DNA from: an uncultured Gammaproteobacteria bacterium
GTDB taxonomy: Bacteria > Patescibacteriota > Patescibacteriia > UBA9934
DNA: 64,000 nucleotides
NCBI GenBank assembly: GCA_964613815.1
Contig: CAZTKG010000003.1
Location: 125,440 to 189,439 of the forward strand
Direction of reading: 5' to 3'
Below are positions 1 to 12,827 of this stretch, piece after piece (within the stretch, counting starts at the first letter, position 1; each line of letters begins with the position of its first letter). A model generated the notes under the pieces. It ran no database searches, was not told the DNA's origin, and was given only the letters and a program-made list of their open reading frames with translations. The translations under genes and the position numbers were made by a program.

Positions 1-265
1 ACGTGACGGCGCCTTCGAGGTCGTCGTCGTAGTCGTCGGGGTTTCCGTCGCAGTCGTTGTCGATGCCGTCGCAGATCTCACTGGCGCCGGGGTTGATGGT
101 CGAGTCGGCGTCGTTGCAGTCCTGATCTGCGGTGTAACCATCTCCGTCTGAGTCGACATTGGCAGACGTTGTGGACGCCGTGACTGCGTCACAGGTGCCA
201 GAATCGTGCCAGTGGACGTCGGTGGGCGTGCAGGCGATGATCAAAAAGGGGATGAAGTGCTTCAT
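1..265 (-). CDS. putative metal-binding (MopE-like) lipoprotein, N-terminal part; the gene continues past the window start
   Basis: Reverse translation begins MKHFIPFLIIAC (lipobox), then DGDGY..DCNDADSTINPGASEICDGIDNDCDG Asp/Cys repeats. Local GC is well above the window average. Confidence 0.45.
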   Translation of the reverse strand, partial: MKHFIPFLIIACTPTDVHWHDSGTCDAVTASTTSANVDSDGDGYTADQDCNDADSTINPGASEICDGIDNDCDGNPDDYDDDLEGAVT

Positions 266-321
266 TGATTCCTCCGAAGCAGTGATGAAAGGATCTTGCC
301 AAAATAAAGGCTCAAGTAAAC

Positions 322-349
322 CTAGCGGAAAACAGGGTTCTTGTAAAGA
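322..349 (-). promoter_or_regulatory. degenerate copy of the conserved promoter block (TTTACA-N17-TAGGTT with TTTTCCGCTA core) upstream of the MopE-like gene
   Basis: The minus-strand read ctttacaagaaccctgttttccgctaggtt matches the block found at 5 other sites. Confidence 0.3.
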
Positions 350-400
350 CTTTGGCATTGACACCGCGAACTTCCGATGTTAGAGTATCCACGAATTTCT

Positions 401-697
401 ATGAAAACTTCCATCCACCCAACTTATCATTCAGATGCAACGATTTCTTGCGCTTGCGGGACATCGTTTGCTTCTGGATCTACGGTTCAGGCCATTCAGG
501 TTGAACTTTGTAGCAAATGTCACCCATTTTACACAGGAAAGCAGAAAATTGTTGATACTGCTCGACGTGTTGAGAAGTTTGTTTCTCGCAATGAGAAAAA
601 AGCTGATGCGACACTTGATCACGCAGCGAAGCTTGCGAAAAAGAAAGCTCGAGCAGAGAAGCGTGCGGAGAAAAAGGCTGCTGAGGAGACTGTTTAG
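401..697 (+). CDS. rpmE: 50S ribosomal protein L31 with Lys/Ala-rich C-terminal extension
   Basis: [10 protein letters not shown] start and a C-x-C....C-x2-H zinc ribbon typical of L31. The start was moved to the internal Met. Confidence 0.85.
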   Translation: MKTSIHPTYHSDATISCACGTSFASGSTVQAIQVELCSKCHPFYTGKQKIVDTARRVEKFVSRNEKKADATLDHAAKLAKKKARAEKRAEKKAAEETV

Positions 698-756
698 ATC
701 AAGAAAAATGTCTGCGAATTTTTGCAGGCGTTTTTTGTTACCTGTAAACTGACGTT

Positions 757-1833
757 ATGAATATTGAAGCGGTTTTGGAGCAATATAGTGCTCGGAAAGA
801 AGAACTTGAGCGAGAGATGAACTCTCCTGACCTCGCAAAAGACAATAAACGACTTGAAAAGGTGCATCGTGCGTATCGCGATGTTGCGGAGATTTTTGGG
901 TTGGCGAGTGCACTGCGCGTGGCCGAGGGGGATTTGCGCAGTGCGAAAGAGATGCTTTCTGGGGATGATGAAGAGATGCGCGAACTTGCCCGTGAAGAGG
1001 TTCCGATGCTTGAAGCGAAGATCGCGGAGCTGACGCCACAACTTGAGCAGGCGCTTATTCCGAAGGATCCGATTGATGAGAGTGGCGCGATTTTTGAACT
1101 TCGTGCTGGTGCTGGCGGAGATGAGGCAGCCTTGTTTGCCGGGGATTTGTTTCGGATGTATTCACGCTATGCCGAGGAGAAAGGGTGGAAGGTTGAGATT
1201 GCGAGTCAGAGTCAGAATGATTTGGGCGGATGTAAGGAGATTATCTTTTCTATGAAGCATGCAGGGGCGTTTGGGGAGTTTCGGCATGAGAGCGGCGTTC
1301 ATCGGGTTCAGCGCGTTCCAGCGACAGAGAAGCAAGGGCGGATTCATACCTCTACTGCCACTGTTGCGGTTTTGCCGATTATTGAGGAGCAGGACTTTCA
1401 TATTGATGCCAAGGATTTGAAGATTGAGGCGACAACCTCTACCGGGGCCGGCGGACAGAGTGTGAATACGACGTATTCTGCGGTGCGGATTGTGCATATT
1501 CCGACAGGGGTGATGGTCTACTGTCAGGAAGAACGGTCTCAACGACAGAATAAGGAGCGTGCGCTTCAGATTATTCGGGCACGGGTGTATGCGGCTGAGC
1601 AGGAGAAAAAACAGGCGGAGCTGGATGCGACGCGGCGAAGTCAGATTGGGACTGGGGATCGGAGTGAGAAAATTCGGACGTATAACGAACCGCAGGATCG
1701 GGTGACGGATCATCGGATTAAGACGACGTGGCATAATCTTGCGGGGATTTTGAATGGAGATATCGGAGAGATCATTGCGAACGTTCGCCTTGCCATTCAT
1801 CAGGAAGCGCTTGCGGATGCGACGGAGGGGTAA
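757..1833 (+). CDS. prfA: peptide chain release factor 1
   Basis: GGQ motif ([10 protein letters not shown]) and PAT tripeptide of RF1. prmC lies immediately downstream. Confidence 0.95.
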   Translation: MNIEAVLEQYSARKEELEREMNSPDLAKDNKRLEKVHRAYRDVAEIFGLASALRVAEGDLRSAKEMLSGDDEEMRELAREEVPMLEAKIAELTPQLEQALIPKDPIDESGAIFELRAGAGGDEAALFAGDLFRMYSRYAEEKGWKVEIASQSQNDLGGCKEIIFSMKHAGAFGEFRHESGVHRVQRVPATEKQGRIHTSTATVAVLPIIEEQDFHIDAKDLKIEATTSTGAGGQSVNTTYSAVRIVHIPTGVMVYCQEERSQRQNKERALQIIRARVYAAEQEKKQAELDATRRSQIGTGDRSEKIRTYNEPQDRVTDHRIKTTWHNLAGILNGDIGEIIANVRLAIHQEALADATEG

Positions 1834-1836
1834 TGT

Positions 1837-2721
1837 ATGTCTACGATTTTTGAAGCTCTGCAATGGGCTCAGGAGGAGATTAAGTCTACTTCGCATGAGC
1901 AAGTGAATAAGCCGAATGCGATGATTGAGGCGCAGATGCTTTTGCGTCATGTTTTGGATGTGCCGGCGGCGCATTTGTTTTCGCACTTTAGTGATTACGT
2001 GGCCGCTGATAAGTTGAATGCGTATACGGATTTTGTGAAGCGGCGAGCGGCGCATGAGCCGATTGCTTATATTTTGGGGGAGAAGGGGTTTTATGGGCGG
2101 GACTTTGTGGTGACGGCTGATGTTTTGATTCCGCGGCCGGAGACGGAGCTTCTTGTGGAGGCGGCGATGGAGATTATTGATGAGGATACCGCGGTTCTGG
2201 ATGTTGGGACGGGGTCTGGAGCGATTGGGATTACGCTTGTGAAGGAGGTTGGGTGTGAGGTAGTCGCTTCTGATGTTTCTGTGGATGCGTTAACTGTCGC
2301 AAGGCGGAATGCGGAGAGATTGAAGGCTGCTGACAAGATTCGATTTCTTGAGGGGAGTTTGTTGGAGCCGTTTTTTGCTTCTGACTTGATCAACCGCGAG
2401 CACAAGACGATGGTGATTTGTGCGAATCTGCCGTATGTGAAGATTGATGCCTGGCCGTCGCTTGATCCTGATGTGAGGCAGTTTGAGCCGAAAAAGGCGA
2501 TCGTTGGCGGAGCTGATGGACTGGATTTTTATCGGGAGCTGCTTGGGCAGATTTCTGCGCGGCGGGAGATCTTTCCTCGGGCGCTGTTTGTGTTGATGGA
2601 GATTGATCCTGGGCAGGAACTTGGGGCGCCACGGATGGTGGAGGAAGTGTTTCCTGGGGCGATTGTGGATGTGCGGGAGGATATGAGTAAGCGCGCGCGA
2701 CTTGTTGTGGTACGGTGCTGA
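1837..2721 (+). CDS. prmC: release factor glutamine N5-methyltransferase
   Basis: SAM-MTase GxGxG (LDVGTGSGAIG), an NLPY (NPPY-type) motif, and the conserved position after prfA. Confidence 0.9.
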   Translation: MSTIFEALQWAQEEIKSTSHEQVNKPNAMIEAQMLLRHVLDVPAAHLFSHFSDYVAADKLNAYTDFVKRRAAHEPIAYILGEKGFYGRDFVVTADVLIPRPETELLVEAAMEIIDEDTAVLDVGTGSGAIGITLVKEVGCEVVASDVSVDALTVARRNAERLKAADKIRFLEGSLLEPFFASDLINREHKTMVICANLPYVKIDAWPSLDPDVRQFEPKKAIVGGADGLDFYRELLGQISARREIFPRALFVLMEIDPGQELGAPRMVEEVFPGAIVDVREDMSKRARLVVVRC

Positions 2722-2722
2722 T

Positions 2723-3103
2723 ATGAAAGAAGTCTCTGATGAAATTCATGCGTATTTAGAGGCTCGTGGATGGGTACCGACGTCTGCTTCGACGATTGCG
2801 AAGGGGATCAGCATTGAGGCGGCGGAGCTTTTGGAGCATTTTCAGTGGGACGAGGTGGCGTTTTCTGATCTTGATCCCGATTCTGAACGAGCTCGGAAGA
2901 TTCGGCATGAGCTAGCGGACGTGATGATTTATTGTTTGCAGATGGCTCGGTATCTTGGCGTGGACGCAGAAGATGTCGTGCGCGAGAAAATGCGGAGACA
3001 GGAAGAGAAATATCCGGTTGAGAAGGTTCGTGGCATGGGAACCGCCTATTATGAGATTCGAGATGCTGCAAGATCATCAGACTGGGATCAAAAAACAGCC
3101 TAG
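2723..3103 (+). CDS. MazG-like nucleoside triphosphate pyrophosphohydrolase
   Basis: EExxE(L)ADVMIY helical MazG core. Confidence 0.7.
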   Translation: MKEVSDEIHAYLEARGWVPTSASTIAKGISIEAAELLEHFQWDEVAFSDLDPDSERARKIRHELADVMIYCLQMARYLGVDAEDVVREKMRRQEEKYPVEKVRGMGTAYYEIRDAARSSDWDQKTA

Positions 3104-3120
3104 CCGGCTGTTTTTTGTTT
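3090..3120. terminator. bidirectional rho-independent terminator
   Basis: aaaaacagcc-tagcc-ggctgtttttt hairpin plus T tract, between convergent genes. Confidence 0.5.
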
Positions 3121-4256
3121 TACTTCCCTCCCTCGTGGTAGATCTCGACTTGTGAGAGGTCTGACACGACTTCGATCCAAGTTGTGCCGGCGTTGAATTG
3201 GATTTCTTCGCCCTCTGTTTTGTAGAAGCGGATTCGGTCGGTTCGTTCTTCTTTTTTCCAGGTGACGAGTTCGGTTTCTCCGTCTTGGGAGAAGATTGCG
3301 TCTCCTGATCCTAGGGTTTCTAGTGACTTTCGGCCGATGCTGTCGATGATGCGGATGTCGGTCGCGATGACGGCGACGTTATTTGCGTAGATAGAGGCGC
3401 CGTTTTCCATGAGCATTTCGTCACCTGCCTGGAAGCGTTCGTAGCTATTTGTTGGTGCATCGTATGTCCAGCCGATTTCGTAGAGGTAGCTGCCGTTGAA
3501 GTCGATGGTGATGGATTCTGCGTCAGAGGCGATGACTGGTTGGTCGTCTTTGAAGCTCCATGACTCGTATGCTGGCTCGCCCTCGATTTCTTTGTCGACG
3601 AGTGCTGCGAGGAGCATGACCATTGAGGTGTAGACGTTATGTGGGGCGTAGCGCGTTTGGTTCTGGCGGTAGAAGTACGTACCGTTCCAGGTTTGGTCTA
3701 GGTCGATGGTGCCTGTGACGTTCTTGATGAGGTCTAGGGCCTCTGGTGAGCCTCCGACGTGTGCATAGACCGCGTCTAGGGCGTCGTTCCAGTCTAGATA
3801 GTATGGACGCGATGAGCGGATTGGACCTACTTTTTCTACATCACTCTCTTCTGAGTAGAACGCGATGAAGCGAGGGATACTTGCTTCTACCGGCGCCTCG
3901 ATGACGAGAAAGGCCTTGTCGAGTCCAGTGAGCGGCCATGCTCCGGCGGAATTTTCCACCATGATACCGAATACTCTTGGGAGGGACTCGAGTGGTGATT
4001 CGAGGAGGTCTCCTGTGAGCGGGTGCCGGTCTGGTTCGGTGACGGTCTCGGCCTGCTCGTCTTGATCTTCTGATACACGATCTACTGTGGACATGACGGC
4101 GAGGAGCATAAGAACGCCGACGGCAAGCAGGGCAGCGACGGCAATCCAGATCTCTCGGCTTTTAAATGTCTTTAGTGATTTTCCCATTTTAGCCCAAAAT
4201 GAGGGCTTTGGACCCTCAGGCTTGGAGCTTTGGGAGTTTTTGGACTCCTCTTGCAT
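3120..4256 (-). CDS. DUF3048-family membrane-anchored protein
   Basis: N-terminal TM helix and an MVENSAGAWPLTGL motif that matches the DUF3048 signature. Confidence 0.65.
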   Translation of the reverse strand: MQEESKNSQSSKPEGPKPSFWAKMGKSLKTFKSREIWIAVAALLAVGVLMLLAVMSTVDRVSEDQDEQAETVTEPDRHPLTGDLLESPLESLPRVFGIMVENSAGAWPLTGLDKAFLVIEAPVEASIPRFIAFYSEESDVEKVGPIRSSRPYYLDWNDALDAVYAHVGGSPEALDLIKNVTGTIDLDQTWNGTYFYRQNQTRYAPHNVYTSMVMLLAALVDKEIEGEPAYESWSFKDDQPVIASDAESITIDFNGSYLYEIGWTYDAPTNSYERFQAGDEMLMENGASIYANNVAVIATDIRIIDSIGRKSLETLGSGDAIFSQDGETELVTWKKEERTDRIRFYKTEGEEIQFNAGTTWIEVVSDLSQVEIYHEGGK

Positions 4257-4259
4257 AGA

Positions 4260-4940
4260 CTATTTGTCTGATGATTCTTCTTTTGATTCCCCGTCTTCTG
4301 ATTCCTCATCCTTCTTTTCGCTGGTCACTTCGACGTTTGATACGTCTCCATCTACCGCTTCGTCGAGCGCTTCCATTTCTTCTTCTGATCGTGGAGGCTG
4401 TACTGATGCGATTGCCTTTTCTGCGTCTGTGATGAGCTCGATGCCTTCTGGCATCTTGAGGTCACTCACGCGGAGGACGTCGTCGAATGTCTCGAGAGAC
4501 TCAACACTTACGGTGATTTCTTTCATGAGCGCCGATGGAAGTGCTACGACTTCAATTTCTTCAAGCGACTGGAGCAATGTTCCGCCGAGCGCCTTGACCG
4601 CAGGAGCCTCGCCTTCGAGCGTGATTGAGATAGAAGCCTCTACCTTCTTACTCATGTCTACGCGACGAAAGTCTGCGTGTGTGATGTCGTCAGAAATTGG
4701 ATGTCGTTGGATTTCTTGAATGAGGACATCGTGCGCTGACCCTTCAACGTCTAGCTTGATCACGGTACTTGTTCCCGCTTTTGACAAGAGACGCTCGAGG
4801 TTGTTTCGGTCCAGCTTTAGGCTTGTTGGTTCTGTTTCGAATCCATACATAACCGCAGGGACCTCTCCCTCTGCACGTAATTGGTTTGTTTTGCGTCCAC
4901 TGATTGTTCGTGTGGAGGCAGTAATTGTCATTTCACTCAT
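4260..4940 (-). CDS. rplY: 50S ribosomal protein L25 / general stress protein Ctc with acidic C-terminal tail
   Basis: RTISGRKTNQLRAEGEVPAVMYG L25 N-terminus. The start was moved by arithmetic to the internal start matching L25 and may be off by a codon. Confidence 0.75.
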   Translation of the reverse strand: MSEMTITASTRTISGRKTNQLRAEGEVPAVMYGFETEPTSLKLDRNNLERLLSKAGTSTVIKLDVEGSAHDVLIQEIQRHPISDDITHADFRRVDMSKKVEASISITLEGEAPAVKALGGTLLQSLEEIEVVALPSALMKEITVSVESLETFDDVLRVSDLKMPEGIELITDAEKAIASVQPPRSEEEMEALDEAVDGDVSNVEVTSEKKDEESEDGESKEESSDK

Positions 4941-4969
4941 AGCTTTTGTTATCGTAAATCGCCCGTATT

Positions 4970-5287
4970 TCACCGTAATTCGGGAAAATTGTCAAGCGAG
5001 CAGACCTCGTGCATTTCGATGACGTCGTCTACTGTGATCTTTTCGCCATGCAAGAAGCGTTTTGCGTCTTTTGCAGACCAGTCTGTGAGAAATCCAGCGC
5101 ATTCGATCCCTCCCCCTTTGTAGCGAATGTGCAGCATCATGGCATTTTTGCACTTTTGACATTTTGAGTGAACGTAGGAAGAACGCTCTTTTGATTCGAT
5201 CTGTGTCACATCTGCCGAAGCATACACCTCTTTGCAGTAGGGGCACTTTGTTATCGGACTCGTTGCTTCGGATTCTGATTTTTGCAT
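4970..5287 (-). CDS. hypothetical zinc-ribbon protein
   Basis: CPYCK...CQKCK cysteine pairs. No recognised family. Confidence 0.35.
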   Translation of the reverse strand: MQKSESEATSPITKCPYCKEVYASADVTQIESKERSSYVHSKCQKCKNAMMLHIRYKGGGIECAGFLTDWSAKDAKRFLHGEKITVDDVIEMHEVCSLDNFPELR

Positions 5288-5330
5288 ATTTGCTAGAGAT
5301 TTCTGGTGAGCGCATTATATCATGACGTAT

Positions 5331-6446
5331 TTAGCTGAGCCGCTCCCCTGGCCTTAACTGTACCGCAATACTTTCTATGATGCCGACCATGATAAGCGAG
5401 AACAGGAGTGAGCTTCCCCCGTAACTCATGAGCGGAAGAGCAATTCCCGTTGTTGGGAAAATGGCGAGATTTACCGCGATATTGACGCAGGCTTGGAAAA
5501 ATAGGGACCCGAGCAGGGCAACAGCTAGAAAACTCGTGAAGTGGTCGCTGGAGAGCCTTGCGATGCGCAAAATTCTGACGCAGATGAGCGTAAGTGTCAA
5601 TAAGACGATTGTGACACCGAGGAACCCCAACTCTTCTGCGATGACAGCGAAGATGAAATCTGTTTGGCTTTCTGGGAGGAATTTAAGCTGGCTTTGAGAA
5701 CCGAACCCGAGGCCCCTTCCGAATATTTGGCCAGATCCAATGGCGATTTGTGCCTGCGTGATGTTGTATCCACTCGATAATGGATCGGCAGCTGGGTTTA
5801 AAAATACCTCTACACGTTCTTTTTGATACGGTTTTAGGAGGAATGACCAAGATACCGCTGAGACGATGACGGTTGCGACAAGGAGTGCCGCTATATGATG
5901 AGCGCGCGCGCCTGCGAAAAATGTGATCGTTGCCCAGATGCCAACCAGAAGTGTTGCGGACCCGACGTCTGGCTGCGCGAGCGTAAGAAGAACTGGCACC
6001 CCAGCGATTGTCATACTTCCGAATAATTCCCTCCAGCCAAATCGTTTTCTCGCGCGCTCGGCGTAATATCTCGCTAGCTGAATCGCGAGGGCCAGCTTCA
6101 TGAACTCGACAGGCTGGAAAGAGAAGATGCCTAGTTGGAACCACCCCGTGGTTCCACGGATGTCTGCGCCGAAGATGAGGACGGCCAGCATGAGTAAAAT
6201 CCCGAAGGCGTAGATGACGCGACCATAGCTTCGGAGGAAGAGATGACTCACGCGTGTCAGTCCGATGATCACAATGAGACCCAGGAGAAATGCTCCTGAC
6301 TGCTTCTTGATGAGGAGAAAATCTGAGCTTTCCCGCGAGAGCTCAACGGAATAGATCGCTGCCATGCCGAACGCAAAAAGCGCCATGGCGCCGAGCATGA
6401 GCCACCAGTCGAGGCGTGCGATGTTTTGCAGCCACTTATGAAGCAT
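5331..6446 (-). CDS. SEDS-family peptidoglycan glycosyltransferase (FtsW/RodA)
   Basis: About 10 predicted TM helices and a conserved C-terminal PLMSYGGSS segment. Confidence 0.85.
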   Translation of the reverse strand: MLHKWLQNIARLDWWLMLGAMALFAFGMAAIYSVELSRESSDFLLIKKQSGAFLLGLIVIIGLTRVSHLFLRSYGRVIYAFGILLMLAVLIFGADIRGTTGWFQLGIFSFQPVEFMKLALAIQLARYYAERARKRFGWRELFGSMTIAGVPVLLTLAQPDVGSATLLVGIWATITFFAGARAHHIAALLVATVIVSAVSWSFLLKPYQKERVEVFLNPAADPLSSGYNITQAQIAIGSGQIFGRGLGFGSQSQLKFLPESQTDFIFAVIAEELGFLGVTIVLLTLTLICVRILRIARLSSDHFTSFLAVALLGSLFFQACVNIAVNLAIFPTTGIALPLMSYGGSSLLFSLIMVGIIESIAVQLRPGERLS

Positions 6447-6485
6447 GGTTGCAGCTTACAGAAAAAGCCCCGATGGGAGTAGGGC

Positions 6486-9518
<3,033 letters not shown>

Positions 9519-9541
9519 AGAGCTTTTGATAAAACAGCGGT

Positions 9542-9570
9542 GATTGTCGCTGTTTTTGATTTAACCCTTG
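9542..9570 (+). terminator. rho-independent terminator after gyrB
   Basis: aaacagcg-gtgattgt-cgctgttttt. Confidence 0.5.
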
Positions 9571-9600
9571 TCAAAAACGCTTATTTGTTATACATTCTAG
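9570..9600 (+). promoter_or_regulatory. candidate sigma70 promoter for secE-nusG-rplK
   Basis: TTGTCA-N17-TACATT. Confidence 0.35.
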
Positions 9601-9639
9601 TCGTTGCCCACCAGGGCTTTTTTGAAAACTCAAAAATTT

Positions 9640-9846
9640 ATGAAATCAGCTAGTTTTGGATCTGTTATCAAGTATTTTCGGGAGGCGAAACAGGAACTTG
9701 AAAAGGTTACCTGGCCGAATCAGAAGGAGGTTACTCGGTACTCGATTCTATGTATCGTCATCAGCGTTCTTGCTGGAGCTTACTTTGGCGTCCTGGATCA
9801 GATTCTTAGCTATTTCGTTGAGGTTCTCGTGAACCTCGCTAACTAA
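9640..9846 (+). CDS. secE: preprotein translocase subunit SecE
   Basis: Small single-TM protein directly upstream of nusG with a conserved KEL..V.WP motif. Confidence 0.75.
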   Translation: MKSASFGSVIKYFREAKQELEKVTWPNQKEVTRYSILCIVISVLAGAYFGVLDQILSYFVEVLVNLAN

Positions 9847-9852
9847 ATTACT

Positions 9853-10398
9853 ATGGCAAAACAAACAGCGAATTACGGTCGACGCTGGTACGCGATCCAC
9901 ACCTACTCTGGCTATGAGGAGAACGTGTGTGAAAACTTGATGCAGCGTATTGAGACCATGGACATGGAGGAGAAGATCTTTCAGGTCCTTGTTCCGAAGG
10001 AGAAGAAGATCAAAATCAAGAATGGAAAGCGACGGATTGTTGAGGAGAAGATTTTTCCAGGATATGTGCTCGTTGAGATGATGGTGACTGATGACTCTTG
10101 GTATGTTGTGCGAAATACGCCAAACGTGACGGGATTTATTGGCGCTGGGACCACCCCTACACCGATTGCTGAGCAAGAGATTGAGTCTCTTATGAAGCGG
10201 ATGGGTGTGGAAGATCCTGAGTTTACGCTCGATGTACGTGTTGGTGATCCGATCGCGATTACTGACGGGCCGTTTAAGGATCAGCAAGGAAAGGTTTCTG
10301 AGATCGATGAGCAGCGCGGAAAGATCAAGGTTCTTGTTTCCATGTTTGGTCGAGAAACTCCGCTTGAGCTCGACTTCTTGCAGGTTAAGAAAGTTTAG
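9853..10398 (+). CDS. nusG: transcription termination/antitermination factor NusG
   Basis: WY.I.T.SG.E NGN domain plus a KOW motif. Confidence 0.9.
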   Translation: MAKQTANYGRRWYAIHTYSGYEENVCENLMQRIETMDMEEKIFQVLVPKEKKIKIKNGKRRIVEEKIFPGYVLVEMMVTDDSWYVVRNTPNVTGFIGAGTTPTPIAEQEIESLMKRMGVEDPEFTLDVRVGDPIAITDGPFKDQQGKVSEIDEQRGKIKVLVSMFGRETPLELDFLQVKKV

Positions 10399-10426
10399 TC
10401 CTGATTCCCCTATAGTAAATTGAAAT

Positions 10427-10849
10427 ATGTCTAAAGAAATTGTCAAAGTTCTCAAAGTTCAGGCTCCTGGGGGAGGGGCTACTCCTGCACCGCCGCTTGG
10501 GCCAGCGCTCTCGCAGTATGGTGTGAATATTCAGCAGTTTGTGACTGATTTTAACGCGAAGACACAAGATCGTCGCGGCGAGACCGTCCCGGCTGTGTTG
10601 ACGATCTATGCTGATCGGACGTTTAGCTTCATTTTGAAGACGGCGCCGGCTAGTGACATGATCAAGAAGGCCGCTGGGATTAAGAAGGGGTCTGGAAAGG
10701 CTCTTACAGAGAAAGCAGGATCAATCACGAAGGCTCAGCTGCAGGAAATTGCTGAGGCGAAGATGGTTGACTTAAATACCAATGACGTTGAGATGGCGAT
10801 GCGGATTATTGAAGGGACCTGTCGTCAAATGGGCGTTGAGGTGAAATAA
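10427..10849 (+). CDS. rplK: 50S ribosomal protein L11
   Basis: Conserved PPLGPALSQ motif. Confidence 0.95.
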   Translation: MSKEIVKVLKVQAPGGGATPAPPLGPALSQYGVNIQQFVTDFNAKTQDRRGETVPAVLTIYADRTFSFILKTAPASDMIKKAAGIKKGSGKALTEKAGSITKAQLQEIAEAKMVDLNTNDVEMAMRIIEGTCRQMGVEVK

Positions 10850-10858
10850 CCCAAATCT

Positions 10859-11263
10859 ATGAAAGGTGCACAGGAGGTTCTCATTAAAATCTATTTCTTG
10901 CTTGTTTCGATTATTACGCTGATCATGATTCTCGTTGTCGGATCTGGCCTGCTTGATACGGGGCTTCGGGCGTATGTGTTTCCGAATGCGAACCAACCTT
11001 CTCACGTGAAGCTTTGTGATGCGGATTCGAATGACCTGCTATTTAAGAGCGATTCTCCCACGACGCTGGAGATCGAGACCGCGATCACTGAATGCGACAC
11101 TTACAACGTGGAACAGATGTATCGGTATGAGGTCAATCAGGCCCAGGATGCCGTCCGAAATCTCTCGTATCTGATCGTTGCGCTTCCGATCTTCTTCCTT
11201 CACTTCCGGATCATCCTTCGTGAATGGCGGGGCCGGGATAACAAGAAACCTGCAAAAAAATAA
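10859..11263 (+). CDS. hypothetical small membrane protein inserted between rplK and rplA
   Basis: Two hydrophobic segments. Fills a 460-nt gap in an otherwise conserved operon. The alternative start at 10922 has no better support. Confidence 0.35.
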   Translation: MKGAQEVLIKIYFLLVSIITLIMILVVGSGLLDTGLRAYVFPNANQPSHVKLCDADSNDLLFKSDSPTTLEIETAITECDTYNVEQMYRYEVNQAQDAVRNLSYLIVALPIFFLHFRIILREWRGRDNKKPAKK

Positions 11264-11315
11264 CTAATTACTGTGGGAGCTGATCTTCAGCGCTTGAACC
11301 ACTAACGAAACCATT

Positions 11316-11993
11316 ATGCCTAGTAAGCGTTTTAAGGAGATTGTTAAAGGAGTTGATAAGGATAAGAAATACGGGCTAGATGAAGCTATTGAGCTTTTGA
11401 AGCAGGGGGCTACCGCGAAGTTTGACGAGACGGTTGAATTGCACTTTCAGCTTGGGATTGATCCGAAGAAGAGTGATCAGCAGATTCGTGCGACACTCGT
11501 GCTTCCGCATGGGACTGGGAAGACGAAGCGTGTGATCGTGTTTGCGGATAGCGCGAATGAATCAGCTGCGAAGGAGGCTGGTGCTGACATTGTTGGGACT
11601 GAGGAGACGATTGCGGAGATCGTGCAGAAAGGCGTTATTGACTTTGATGTTGCGATCGCTGTGCCGACGATGATGCCGAAGCTTGCGAAGGCTGCGCGTG
11701 TTCTTGGACCTCGTGGACTTATGCCGAACCCGAAGACGGATACGGTAGGAACGAATATTGCGAAGATGGTTGCAGAGCAGAAAGGGGGGAAGATCTCGTT
11801 TAAGAACGATAATACGTCGAACTTGCATATCGCTTGTGGAAAGGCCTCGTTTGAGACCCCGAAGTTGAAGGAGAATCTTGAGACAGTGATTGAGGCTTTG
11901 AAGAAATCTAAGCCTGCTGCTTCTAAGGGGATATTCATTAAGAAGGCGATCTTGACGAGTACGATGGGAGCGGGGATTGCGCTTGAGGTTTAG
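11316..11993 (+). CDS. rplA: 50S ribosomal protein L1
   Basis: Global similarity to L1, ending GAGIALEV. Confidence 0.95.
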   Translation: MPSKRFKEIVKGVDKDKKYGLDEAIELLKQGATAKFDETVELHFQLGIDPKKSDQQIRATLVLPHGTGKTKRVIVFADSANESAAKEAGADIVGTEETIAEIVQKGVIDFDVAIAVPTMMPKLAKAARVLGPRGLMPNPKTDTVGTNIAKMVAEQKGGKISFKNDNTSNLHIACGKASFETPKLKENLETVIEALKKSKPAASKGIFIKKAILTSTMGAGIALEV

Positions 11994-12000
11994 TCGGTCA

Positions 12001-12032
12001 TTAAAAATAGAGCTTGAGGGCTCTATTTTTTT
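12001..12032 (+). terminator. rho-independent terminator after rplA
   Basis: aaaaatagagc-ttgagg-gctctattttttt. Confidence 0.5.
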
Positions 12033-12036
12033 ATCT

Positions 12037-12114
12037 CGTCATTGCGAGCGTAGCGCGGCAATCTTGCGGTTGTGCCTCGCGGATTGGGATTGCCGCGCTA
12101 CGCTCGCAATGACA
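12037..12114. repeat. perfect 26-bp inverted repeat (GTCATTGCGAGCGTAGCGCGGCAATC) with 26-nt spacer
   Basis: The two arms are exact reverse complements. It lies between rplA and dcd. Confidence 0.8.
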
Positions 12115-12152
12115 GTGCTTCGTTTGCCTCGTTATGATAAAGTACTTTCAAT

Positions 12153-12827
12153 ATGATTTTGACTCGTGATGCTATTTTGGCGCGGATTCGGAAGGGGGAG
12201 CTTGTTTTTACTCCGGGGGTTGATCGGTTTCAGTTGCAGCCGCATGCGATCGATTTGCGGCTTGGGTATCGGTTTTTGATTCCGAAGAATTGGTCGGTGA
12301 CGGAGAGGGGGAGAGAGGCGATTCAGATATCGATAGAAGAGGAGTCTCGGCATCGGGAGCAGTTTGAAGAGGTTGTTTTGGAGCCTGGGCAGTATTTTGA
12401 CTTGTTGCCGAATGAGTTTGTGATTGCGACGAGTTTAGAGCATCTGGAGCTGAATGCGCCGGATTTGATGGCGCTTTTGTTTCCTCGGACGAGTACGAAT
12501 CGGCGGGGGATTAATCTTTCGCTCTCGGGGATTATTGATACGGGGTATCATGGGAATTTGATTTTTCCGATGAAGAATGAGGCTGGGGATCAGGTTTTGC
12601 GGCTTTATCCTGGGGAGCGGATTTGTCAGGTTATTTTTGAGACACTCGATGCGCCGCTCAGTAAAGCGGCTGCACAGATGCACGGGATGAGTCCTGCGAA
12701 GTATTCTCATGCGGCAGATTCCGCCTATCGAGTTGATAAGTCTGAAGAGCGAGAACGGCTTGTGGCGGGGGATTTGGAGGGGTTAAAATCAGCCTTTGGG
12801 GTCGATTTGGACGAGGACTCGGCCTAG
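12153..12827 (+). CDS. dcd: dCTP deaminase (dCTP deaminase/dUTPase family)
   Basis: Dcd/dUTPase fold motifs (GxIDxGYxG-like IIDTGYHGNL). Confidence 0.8.
   Translation: MILTRDAILARIRKGELVFTPGVDRFQLQPHAIDLRLGYRFLIPKNWSVTERGREAIQISIEEESRHREQFEEVVLEPGQYFDLLPNEFVIATSLEHLELNAPDLMALLFPRTSTNRRGINLSLSGIIDTGYHGNLIFPMKNEAGDQVLRLYPGERICQVIFETLDAPLSKAAAQMHGMSPAKYSHAADSAYRVDKSEERERLVAGDLEGLKSAFGVDLDEDSA

Noticed and set aside
1162-2055. 297-aa ORF on the minus strand
   Set aside because: Entirely antisense to prfA/prmC. Arg/Leu/Pro-rich low-complexity translation typical of antisense frames.
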